Below are positions 47,374-55,317 of a stretch of DNA of 63,539 nucleotides, piece by piece (within the stretch, counting starts at the first letter, position 1; every line of letters starts with the position of its first letter). This stretch comes from an uncultured Clostridium sp. (GTDB taxonomy: Bacteria > Bacillota > Clostridia > TANB77 > CAG-508). The translations under genes were made by a program, and so were the position numbers. The stretch lies in contig USMB01000003.1 of assembly GCA_900555615.1 (NCBI GenBank), forward strand, positions 1 to 63,539, written 5' to 3'. The notes below the pieces were generated by a model. It did no database searches, was not told the DNA's origin, and worked only from the letters and a program-made list of their open reading frames with translations.

Positions 47374-47450
47374 TGGTAGCGAAGGGTGGATTCGAACCGC
47401 CGACCTGCCGGGTATGAACCGGATGCTCTAGCCAACTGAGCTACTTCGCC
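47374..47450 (-). tRNA. tRNA-Met (anticodon CAT), elongator type
   Basis: 77-nt cloverleaf: GGCGAAG/TA/GCTC-AGTTGGCTA-GAGC/A/TCCGG-TTCATAC-CCGGC/AGGTC/GGCGG-TTCGAAT-CCACC/CTTCGCT-ACCA. It lacks the three G-C pairs and the 1-72 mismatch of initiators. An Ile2 (lysidine) identity cannot be fully excluded. Confidence 0.85.
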
Positions 47451-47472
47451 ATAAAAATCTTGAACAGTACTT

Positions 47473-47501
47473 ATTATAATAGGTATTACCATTTTTGTCA
47501 A
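47473..47501 (-). promoter_or_regulatory. consensus sigma-A promoter of the tRNA gene
   Basis: Minus strand reads TTGACA (47501-47496), 17 nt, then TATAAT (47478-47473). Confidence 0.6.
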
Positions 47502-47527
47502 GTACTATTCAAAATTTTTTTAATTTT

Positions 47528-48025
47528 TCATCTCCTATACCTTCTTGAACATCCATAATAAGTAGAATTAATTGTTGATGAATTGTTATTTTCATTTAAT
47601 AATGTACTATCTTCTCTATTACAACCACATCCTGTATCTTGTTCGTCATAACAACTTATTGAATTTCCTCTTATTCTAGCAATAACATCTCCATTACTGT
47701 TAACAATAGCAAGTGTATCATTTGAATTATTGTTGTTATCATTTGAACTTAAAACTTCATATGGATTGTAACATGTTAAACATTTGTTATCTCTAAAAAA
47801 GCATGAACTTTTTATAACACAATCAAAAAATGCTGCAATAAAACCAACCGCTCCAACTATTATAGCTAATATAACTAAGTTTAAGTTAGATAAAATTATA
47901 GCAACTAAAAGTGCAATTGAGAAAAATATTAATCCAATTAACCAAGGACATTTAACTAATCTATTTAAAAATATAGCCAATATTATGGCAACTAATATTA
48001 CAACAAAAAATATGAGTATTGTCAT
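47528..48025 (-). CDS. hypothetical membrane protein with an Asn/Cys-rich C-terminal tail
   Basis: Three TM helices followed by a tail with many Cys and Asn runs. Start taken at the ATG at 48025 (GGAAAGGA SD). Confidence 0.55.
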   Translation of the reverse strand: MTILIFFVVILVAIILAIFLNRLVKCPWLIGLIFFSIALLVAIILSNLNLVILAIIVGAVGFIAAFFDCVIKSSCFFRDNKCLTCYNPYEVLSSNDNNNNSNDTLAIVNSNGDVIARIRGNSISCYDEQDTGCGCNREDSTLLNENNNSSTINSTYYGCSRRYRR

Positions 48026-48097
48026 ATTTATACCATTCCTTTCCATCTATTTATGTTCTGGTATATTTTATGACCATACTTATATTTTTGTTACTTT

Positions 48098-48835
48098 CTA
48101 ATTATATTCAACTTGTAACAAATATAATCCATTTGGAGGTAATGTTTTACCTGCATTTTCTCTTTTTTCACTTTGGATTATATCTGGGATTTTTTCTGCT
48201 TCTATTTTTCCTAAACCAACTTCCACTAATGTTCCAGCAATTATTCTTACCATATTATATAAGAATCCATTTCCTGTTAATTCTATGAAAATTCTGTCTC
48301 CACTTTGATATACTTTTGCTTCATATATTGTCCTAACACTACTTTTGCTACTTGTTCCACTTGCCTTAAATGCCTTAAAGTCATGTTCTCCTTCAAAATA
48401 TTTTACAGCCTTTTTCATAGCTTCAACATCTAATTTTTGAGGAATATGTGTCTCTAAATTTCTGTATATTGCTGTACCTTCTGGTGAATTATTTATAACA
48501 TATCTATATGTTTTTCTTTTACAATTTAATCTACTATGAAATCTCTCATCAACTTCTTCTGCTTTTTTTATTACTATCGACTTTTTTAATCTTGAATTTA
48601 TTGCAATAGCAAATTTATCAATTGGAATTTGTGAATTGGTTTTAAAATTAGCAACTTGTCCAAAGGCATGAACTCCTGCATCTGTTCTACCTGATGCATT
48701 TAATTCAACATCTTCACCTGTTATCATTTTTATTGCTTGTTCTATTGTGCCTTGAATATTCAATTTATTAGGCTGTTTCTGCCATCCATTAAAATCTTTT
48801 CCATCATATTCAATTGTTAGTTTGATGTTTCTCAT
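48098..48835 (-). CDS. truA: tRNA pseudouridine(38-40) synthase TruA
   Basis: YDGKDFNGWQKQ, GRTDAGVHA (catalytic Asp) and GNGFLYNMVRI motifs. Overlaps the cdaA stop by 4 nt. Confidence 0.9.
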   Translation of the reverse strand: MRNIKLTIEYDGKDFNGWQKQPNKLNIQGTIEQAIKMITGEDVELNASGRTDAGVHAFGQVANFKTNSQIPIDKFAIAINSRLKKSIVIKKAEEVDERFHSRLNCKRKTYRYVINNSPEGTAIYRNLETHIPQKLDVEAMKKAVKYFEGEHDFKAFKASGTSSKSSVRTIYEAKVYQSGDRIFIELTGNGFLYNMVRIIAGTLVEVGLGKIEAEKIPDIIQSEKRENAGKTLPPNGLYLLQVEYN

Positions 48836-49761
48836 TCTTTTTTAGCCTCTTCTTTTTTCTTAAAAATATTTTTTATTTTTTCTTTAACTAATTTCTTTTC
48901 ATTTTTGTTTTTAGATTCATTTAGTCTTTTGGTTACTATATTACTTATTAATATTTTTTTCAAAACATCTTCTCTGACATCTGCAATTAAAGTTCCATCT
49001 TTTGCTACTGAAACTTTTCCTGTTTCTTCTGATACAATAATTGCAATACTATCTGATTCTTTTGATATTCCAATTCCAGCTCTATGTCTAGTTCCAAGTT
49101 CTTTTGCTATATCTTGATCACTTGCTAATGGTAACATACAAGCTGCTGCTGCAATTTTGTTATTACTAATTACAACCGCCCCATCATGTAATGGTGTATT
49201 AGGCACAAATATATTTACTAATAATTGTGGTGATACTTCTGCATTCATAGGTATTCCAGTTGATATAATATCTTTTATTTGAATGTCCCTTTCCATAACA
49301 ATTAATGCACCTGTTTTATTTTTAGCTAGCTCATAAACTGCTATGACAATCTTATAAATATCTTCTTTTGTCTTTGTTATAATATCTTTGTCAAATCCAA
49401 AAAATCTGGAAAATCTATTAGTTCCCCCTAGTTGTTCTAATGCTCTTCTTATTTCTGGTTGGAATATAATTATTATAAGTATTACTCCCCAATCCATTAC
49501 TGTTGATAATATATAATTTAATATATGTAAATTAAGCAATCCACTTAATGCAGTGGCAACAACTAAAAAAGCAATTCCTTTTACCAATTGCCAAGCTCTT
49601 GAATCTTTTACTATTCTTAATAATTCATAAGCTAAAAATACAACAATTGCAATATCTAATATTAATGAAACTAATTTGATAGGATATTCTTGATACATTT
49701 GTATATATGTTAGTATGTTTTGTTCATAAAAACTATTTAATATATTTCCTATTTCTTTCAT
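48832..49761 (-). CDS. cdaA: diadenylate cyclase CdaA (membrane-bound DAC domain)
   Basis: Three N-terminal TM helices. DAC motifs are LHDGAVVI and GTRHRAGIG. A Lys-rich C-terminal tail follows. Confidence 0.85.
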   Translation of the reverse strand: MKEIGNILNSFYEQNILTYIQMYQEYPIKLVSLILDIAIVVFLAYELLRIVKDSRAWQLVKGIAFLVVATALSGLLNLHILNYILSTVMDWGVILIIIIFQPEIRRALEQLGGTNRFSRFFGFDKDIITKTKEDIYKIVIAVYELAKNKTGALIVMERDIQIKDIISTGIPMNAEVSPQLLVNIFVPNTPLHDGAVVISNNKIAAAACMLPLASDQDIAKELGTRHRAGIGISKESDSIAIIVSEETGKVSVAKDGTLIADVREDVLKKILISNIVTKRLNESKNKNEKKLVKEKIKNIFKKKEEAKKE

Positions 49762-49792
49762 ATCTAATATCTCTCCTCATCTTTAGTATATA

Positions 49793-49963
49793 TTATAAGC
49801 TTTGAACTACATAATAAATACATGTTGCAGATGAAGCTAATACCATTAATACTAATAGAAATACTGCCATTATTTTTGTAAAAATTGCCTTTCCATCAAT
49901 TTTAGTTTTTATCTTAATATTTTCTTCTTTTTTATTTATTTTTTCATCTTTTTTATTTTTCAT
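49793..49963 (-). CDS. 56-aa single-pass membrane peptide, hypothetical
   Basis: Not in the ORF track. An AGAGAGGAAG SD is present. Product: MKNKKDEKINKKEENIKIKTKIDGKAIFTKIMAVFLLVLMVLASSATCIYYVVQSL. It lies between a good promoter and cdaA. Confidence 0.4.
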   Translation of the reverse strand: MKNKKDEKINKKEENIKIKTKIDGKAIFTKIMAVFLLVLMVLASSATCIYYVVQSL

Positions 49964-49999
49964 ATATAATCTTCCTCTCTTTTTTATAATACAATATTT

Positions 50000-50027
50000 A
50001 TTATAACATAAATTATTTTTTTTGCAA
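50000..50027 (-). promoter_or_regulatory. sigma-A type promoter of the small-ORF-cdaA-truA unit
   Basis: Minus strand reads TTGCAA (50027-50022), 16 nt, then TATAAT (50005-50000). Confidence 0.5.
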
Positions 50028-50035
50028 TATGTAAA

Positions 50036-51292
50036 CTACATTTTTATAATTTTCAATATTTTGCTTTCTGCTTCTCTTAATTTTTCTTTATCATTTGCAC
50101 AAACATATGCTAAGAAATCGCCTTTTTCAACTTCATCGCCTATTTTTTTGTTTAATATAATTCCAACACTTTTTTCTATTTCATCTTCTTTTCTTATTCT
50201 TCCAGCCCCTAAATAACAAGCTAGTTTTCCAATTTCTTCTGCATTTATTTCTTTTACAATTCCTGTTTTTTCTGTTGCAACAGCAGATATATATTTAGAT
50301 TTTTCAAATTTTGTAGTATCATCTAAATATGATATATCTCCACCTTGATTTGCAACCATTTCTTTGAATTTTTCAAATGCTTTTCCATTTTGAATTGTTT
50401 CTAACATTCTTAATCTATTTTCTTCTAAGTTTTCGCCTTTTCCAGCTAGTTGCAACATATTAGCACCTAATTCTAAAACAACTTCTTTTAAGTCTTCTGG
50501 CATATCTCCTTTTAAGAAATTAATTGCTTCAATTACTTCTAATGTATTGCCAACTGCATATCCCAATGGTTGATCCATAGGTGTTAACACACATCTTACT
50601 TCTTTTCCAGCAAGTTCTCCTATTCTAACCATTTGCTCTGCCAATTTTTGAGCATCTTCTCTTGTTTTCATAAATGCACCTTTTCCAACAGTTACATCTA
50701 TAACTATTTTATTTGCCCCACTAGCTATCTTTTTACTCATAATGCTTGATGCAATTAAAGGTATATTTTCTACACATGCAATAGTATCTCTTAATGCATA
50801 AATTTTCTTATCTGCTGGTGCTAAATTCATTGTTTGACCAATCATACTTATTCCAACTTTTTCTACATTAGCTATAAATTCTTCTATTTCTATATTCGTT
50901 CTATACCCTGGAATTGATTCCATTTTATCAACTGTACCACCTGTAAATCCAAGTCCTCTTCCTGACATCTTTGCAACTGGAACTCCTAAAGCAGAAATAA
51001 TTGGAAGTAATATTATAGATACCTTGTCTCCAACTCCTCCTGTACTATGTTTATCTACAACATTTTCTCCAAATTTTGATAAATCCAACACATCTCCTGA
51101 ATATGCCATTGCTAATGTTAAATCTGTAATTTCTCTATCATTCATACCATTAATATAAATAGCCATAATTAATGCAGAAGCTTGATAATCTGTGATATTA
51201 CCATCAGTATATTCTTTAACAAAATATTCTATTTCTTCTTTACTCAATTCTTTTGAATCTCTTTTTTTAGATATAATATCTAATATATTCAT
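50036..51292 (-). CDS. pdp: pyrimidine-nucleoside (thymidine) phosphorylase
   Basis: DKHSTGGVGDK, GRGLGFTGGT and other family motifs. Start taken at the ATG at 51292 (MNILDIISKKRD, GGAGG SD); the ORF-track extension would overlap rnhB. Confidence 0.9.
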   Translation of the reverse strand: MNILDIISKKRDSKELSKEEIEYFVKEYTDGNITDYQASALIMAIYINGMNDREITDLTLAMAYSGDVLDLSKFGENVVDKHSTGGVGDKVSIILLPIISALGVPVAKMSGRGLGFTGGTVDKMESIPGYRTNIEIEEFIANVEKVGISMIGQTMNLAPADKKIYALRDTIACVENIPLIASSIMSKKIASGANKIVIDVTVGKGAFMKTREDAQKLAEQMVRIGELAGKEVRCVLTPMDQPLGYAVGNTLEVIEAINFLKGDMPEDLKEVVLELGANMLQLAGKGENLEENRLRMLETIQNGKAFEKFKEMVANQGGDISYLDDTTKFEKSKYISAVATEKTGIVKEINAEEIGKLACYLGAGRIRKEDEIEKSVGIILNKKIGDEVEKGDFLAYVCANDKEKLREAESKILKIIKM

Positions 51293-51303
51293 TTGTATTC
51301 CTC

Positions 51304-51930
51304 CTAAATAAAATGTGTAGTAAAACTCCTTCTGTGTATTGGACATAATCCATATTCTCTAATAGCTGCAATATGTGCAGCTGTTCCATAACCTTTATGT
51401 TTTTCAAATCCATATTGAGGATAAACCTTATCCCATTCTCTCATAATTCTATCCCTTGTAACTTTTGCAATAATTGATGCAGCAGCTATTGAATAACATT
51501 TTGCATCACCTTTTATTATTGATTCATATGGTATTCCCATTGTATCAATATGTGTTAATGCATCAACTATAATCAAATCTGGTTTAACTGTTAATTCTTG
51601 TAATGACATTGTTAAACCTTTTTTTGTAGCATTCAAAATATTAATTTCATCAATTTCATCTTGACCTATAATTCCAACTCCATAACTAATAGCTTCCTCA
51701 AGAATTTGGTCATATAATTTTTCTCTCTTTTTTTCAGATACCTTCTTCGAATCATTTACTCCTTCAATCATAGAATCTGCTGGCATAATAACGCTTGCTA
51801 CTACAACTGGTCCTGCAAGTGGACCCCTTCCAGCTTCATCAATTCCACAAATTGTTGAAAATCCTTTTTTTCTTAATTCTTTTTCTTCTTCTTTTAATAA
51901 TATTAATCTTGCTTCTTCTTTTTCCTTCAT
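51304..51930 (-). CDS. rnhB: ribonuclease HII
   Basis: GIDEAGRGPLAGPVV, DSKK and SIAAASIIAKV motifs. Confidence 0.9.
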   Translation of the reverse strand: MKEKEEARLILLKEEEKELRKKGFSTICGIDEAGRGPLAGPVVVASVIMPADSMIEGVNDSKKVSEKKREKLYDQILEEAISYGVGIIGQDEIDEINILNATKKGLTMSLQELTVKPDLIIVDALTHIDTMGIPYESIIKGDAKCYSIAAASIIAKVTRDRIMREWDKVYPQYGFEKHKGYGTAAHIAAIREYGLCPIHRRSFTTHFI

Positions 51931-51932
51931 TT

Positions 51933-52457
51933 TTAATCATCCTTTGATAATTGATTTATTTGTGTTAATGTATAATTTTCATTATATCCTTTTGTAGAAA
52001 TTATTTCTACAGTTATTTTTGAAAAGTCATATTTGGCAATAAAATATTCATATTGTTTTATACGTTTTTCGTCAATTCCCATTTTACTTAGTGTTTCATC
52101 ATCTAAATAGTAGCAATTTTCGTCAATTTCAACTTCAGATGGTAACTGCTCAACACTCTTTTTTACCTCTTCACTAGCATCTGCTAATTTTATTCCTTTT
52201 AAATTTGCTTCTTTTATCTGATTTATCTTATTAAGGTTTTCTTCATTTTCTTTATCTAAATTTGCTGTTTGAAAACAAACATTATCTAAGCCTTTTTTTG
52301 TTTCAGCTTGCATTATAAGCATATTAGTTTTTAAATCTTGTAAATTTGATATTGTTAACATCTTTTTTAAATATTCTATTGCAACTCCAACTGCAATTAT
52401 TATTAAAATTATAATTATTATTAATAGTATATTTGATTTTCCATTTTCATTTTTCAT
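51933..52457 (-). CDS. hypothetical membrane-anchored protein
   Basis: 174-aa ORF with one N-terminal TM helix. No motif recognised. Confidence 0.55.
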   Translation of the reverse strand: MKNENGKSNILLIIIIILIIIAVGVAIEYLKKMLTISNLQDLKTNMLIMQAETKKGLDNVCFQTANLDKENEENLNKINQIKEANLKGIKLADASEEVKKSVEQLPSEVEIDENCYYLDDETLSKMGIDEKRIKQYEYFIAKYDFSKITVEIISTKGYNENYTLTQINQLSKDD

Positions 52458-52530
52458 CTCTAATCCTCCGTGATTATATTATATATGTCACCTTTCTTAT
52501 TTTCAAGCAAATTTTCAAAAATATTTTTAG

Positions 52531-52562
52531 TTTTTACAACTTATTCACAATTCTTTCACAAA
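52531..52562 (+). promoter_or_regulatory. three tandem roughly 10.5-nt direct repeats (TTwTTcACAA) overlapping the -35 region of htrA; candidate response-regulator site
   Basis: TTTTTACAAC / TTATTCACAAT / TCTTTCACAAA, then 14 nt to TACAAT (52577-52582). Confidence 0.45.
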
Positions 52563-52609
52563 CGTAGTGTATTCTATACAATGTAAATACAGAAAAGGAG
52601 GTCCTGACA

Positions 52610-53848
52610 ATGGACGAAAATGAAAACAGATTCGAAGTTATCTCAAGTAAAACTTCAAAAGCAAACTTTAAACAAACAAACGGATTTGGTAAATCCGTAT
52701 TAGTACCATTTTTTAGTGGAATCGTAGGATGTTCCTTAGTAATTGGAACATGTTTCGGAGTACCATCAATAAAAGAAAAATTAATAGGAGAAACAACAAC
52801 TACAAATACAACTGTGCAAACATCTACAGCAACAGGAACAACTGCAAATTTAATATCACTTTCTAATTATTCTAATACAGCAGTTTTTGCAGCTAATAAA
52901 ATTTTGCCATCAATTGTTGGAATTCAAGTAACATATAAAACTACTTCTAATTCACTTTTTAGTTTTGGCACTCCAACTACATCAGAAGCAACAGCAACTG
53001 GTTCTGGTATAATTATTAGTAATGATGGCTATATTGTTACAAACAACCATGTTGTTGATTCTAGTTCATCAAACTCATCTTACTCTTATTACAGTATTTC
53101 TGATGCAACATCTGTAAAAGTAAAATTATACGGTTCTGATGAAACATATGATGCAAAAATTGTAGGTAAAGATTCTCAAACAGATTTAGCTGTTTTAAAA
53201 ATTGAAAAAACTGGTTTAACCTCTGCTGAATTTGCAGATTCAGACCAAGCTGTTGTTGGAGAATTTGCAATGGCTGTTGGTAGCCCTCTTGGATTAGATA
53301 CAACAGTTACAACAGGAATTATAAGTGCTGTAAACAGAGAAGTTGAATCAGATGGAACTAAATATGTATGTATTCAAACAGATGCTGCAATTAACGCTGG
53401 TAATAGCGGTGGAGCACTTGTAAACAGTGAAGGAAAAGTTATTGGTATTAACACTTTAAAATTATCAGGTTCTGGTGTTGAAGGAATTGGATTTGCTATT
53501 CCTATAAACTCAACACTTGACGTAATTTCTCAATTAAAAGATCATAGCAAAGTTTTAAGACCATATATTGGTATTACAGGTTTAAACCTAGACAATGATA
53601 CTGTAAAAAGATATAACTTATCAACATTAGGTGTTTATGTAAGAAGCGTTGAAAACTTCTCTCCTGCAGAAAAAGCAGGTTTACAAGCTGGAGATATTAT
53701 AATTAAAGCTGATGACAAAGAAATCAAAACAATGGATGAATTGAATGAACAAAAAAATAAACATCAAATTGGTGATACTATGACTTTGAAGATTAATAGA
53801 AATGGACAAGAAAAAGATATTACTGTAACACTTGCAGAAACACCATAG
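52610..53848 (+). CDS. htrA: HtrA/DegP-family serine protease with one PDZ domain, membrane anchored
   Basis: AAGGAGG SD, N-terminal TM and a Thr-rich linker. Catalytic triad context is TNNHVV, DLAVLKI and GNSGGAL. C-terminal PDZ domain present. Confidence 0.9.
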   Translation: MDENENRFEVISSKTSKANFKQTNGFGKSVLVPFFSGIVGCSLVIGTCFGVPSIKEKLIGETTTTNTTVQTSTATGTTANLISLSNYSNTAVFAANKILPSIVGIQVTYKTTSNSLFSFGTPTTSEATATGSGIIISNDGYIVTNNHVVDSSSSNSSYSYYSISDATSVKVKLYGSDETYDAKIVGKDSQTDLAVLKIEKTGLTSAEFADSDQAVVGEFAMAVGSPLGLDTTVTTGIISAVNREVESDGTKYVCIQTDAAINAGNSGGALVNSEGKVIGINTLKLSGSGVEGIGFAIPINSTLDVISQLKDHSKVLRPYIGITGLNLDNDTVKRYNLSTLGVYVRSVENFSPAEKAGLQAGDIIIKADDKEIKTMDELNEQKNKHQIGDTMTLKINRNGQEKDITVTLAETP

Positions 53849-53852
53849 TTAA

Positions 53853-53878
53853 AGGGGCTGTAAAAAAGTCCCTTTTTT
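53853..53878 (+). terminator. rho-independent terminator after htrA
   Basis: AGGGGCT-GTAAAAA-AGTCCCT followed by TTTTT. Confidence 0.65.
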
Positions 53879-54035
53879 ATATTTTTTTAAATCTTCACTT
53901 TAAGTTCACACAATGAACAAAATTCATTGTTATATTATATACATAGTCAGTTAAAACTGATTAAACAAACATCCCCTTTTATTTTCAAGAAAGAAAGAGA
54001 GAAAGTCTTAAATTAAGTCTTTTCCTCTTTTTTTA

Positions 54036-54902
54036 TTACATTACTACAATATCCATTTCACTAGTATAATTTTGATTTCCATATGCATATATTATATATA
54101 ATGCATTATTTTCTCCCATAAAATACTCTGTAACATTATTAACACTATACATGTCATTTGTATAATCTCTCTCATATATATTGTATCCTAATTTTTTGAA
54201 GTTTTCTACTTTTTGTTGAACCAATTTTATTTCTTCTTTTATCTTTTGGTTTGCTTCCTTTTTAGTAATTCCTTTTAATTCTAACATATCATCTATTGTA
54301 ACTTTCTTTTGATTTGATAAATCATAATTATATGTTTGAACAATATCTCTTTGTGGATTATTACTTCCTTCTTTTAAAGTTGATCTTACAACTAATGACA
54401 AAATATTATTTGAAACATATGCACTATAATTAACTGTATATATTACATTGTTATTTTGACTATCTACAATGCTTTTAGCCTTCTTCTCAAATGTATCCTT
54501 TATATCAGTATTAAATTCATCTATAATTTCATTATTTATATTAATATATGGTATATTTACATTTAATTCATAATCATTAAGCTTTGTTTCTTTAGAATTG
54601 TAACCCAAGTAAATAATCTCTTGATCCTGCTTTATTTTAGAAACTTTATAACTATTATTTTCTAAATAATTTACTTTATTGGTAAATATGTTATCAAATT
54701 CATTTTTATGTTGGCTTACTTGGTCATCTGATAATGATGGTAATGATGTTTTATTTTCTCCTGTTTGTTTTGTATTATTTCCACCTGAAAGTTGAATAAT
54801 AACTGCTATCACAATAGATATAATACAAATTAATAATATACATATATATATAAATTTCAATTTTTTATTTTTTTTACTATCATCTTCTATAACTACATTC
54901 AT
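54036..54902 (-). CDS. hypothetical membrane-anchored extracytoplasmic protein (possibly DUF4163/DUF3298-like)
   Basis: 288-aa ORF with one N-terminal TM helix. The family guess is weak. Confidence 0.5.
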   Translation of the reverse strand: MNVVIEDDSKKNKKLKFIYICILLICIISIVIAVIIQLSGGNNTKQTGENKTSLPSLSDDQVSQHKNEFDNIFTNKVNYLENNSYKVSKIKQDQEIIYLGYNSKETKLNDYELNVNIPYININNEIIDEFNTDIKDTFEKKAKSIVDSQNNNVIYTVNYSAYVSNNILSLVVRSTLKEGSNNPQRDIVQTYNYDLSNQKKVTIDDMLELKGITKKEANQKIKEEIKLVQQKVENFKKLGYNIYERDYTNDMYSVNNVTEYFMGENNALYIIYAYGNQNYTSEMDIVVM

Positions 54903-54956
54903 ATTTTTTCCTCCGTATGTATATTTTAATATTTTTTTCGATAAATTGCAATACTT

Positions 54957-55244
54957 TTATTCTTTTTTCATGTATTTTAACTTTGTTGCCATTCCTCCCC
55001 TTATATGTCTTTCTGCTTTATTTTCATCCAATATTTTTCTAACTTCTTTTGCTAATATAGGATTTATCTTTAATAGTCTTTCTGTTACATCTTTGTGTAC
55101 TGTGCTTTTACTTATGCAAAATTTTTTGGCAGCTCCTCTAACTGTGTCTTTAGAATCTATAATATATCTTGCTAAAGTAATAGCTCGTTCTTCAATTGCC
55201 ACTTTGTTTGTCTGTGGCAAGTTATACAAAACCTTTCCTCTCAT
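54957..55244 (-). CDS. spoIIID: sporulation transcriptional regulator SpoIIID
   Basis: IEERAITLARYIIDSKDTVRGAAKKFCISKSTVHKDVTERL..INP.LA.EV..ILD.NK..RH.RGG.ATK.KY is colinear with Bacillus SpoIIID. The N-terminal start is uncertain. Confidence 0.85.
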   Translation of the reverse strand: MRGKVLYNLPQTNKVAIEERAITLARYIIDSKDTVRGAAKKFCISKSTVHKDVTERLLKINPILAKEVRKILDENKAERHIRGGMATKLKYMKKE

Positions 55245-55317
55245 TATGAAACCCCCATTGAATACTTTTGTTTAATTGTATTCAAATGAGGGTTGTATTA
55301 GAACTTAGGCTTATGCA

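Noticed and set aside
47374-47450. The tRNA-Met could be a pseudo-tRNA because of the G1-U72 pair, the C51-A63 mismatch and the U27-C43 mismatch
   Set aside because: A G1-U72 pair and a GGTTCATACCC anticodon arm are, as far as I recall, normal for Firmicute elongator tRNA-Met. The gene also has a perfect TTGACA-17-TATAAT promoter, an encoded CCA end and a canonical terminator, so it looks functional.
51293-51346. N-terminal extensions of several ORF-track entries (pdp, dprA, ligA, sortase, mreB, the vWA protein, galE, the methyltransferase)
   Set aside because: The extended starts use TTG or GTG, or lack an SD, and some overlap the upstream gene. Internal ATGs with proper SDs match the family N-termini.
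53061-53303. 80-aa minus-strand ORF inside htrA
   Set aside because: It runs antisense to a well-supported protease gene, and its Q/L-rich product is a frame artefact.
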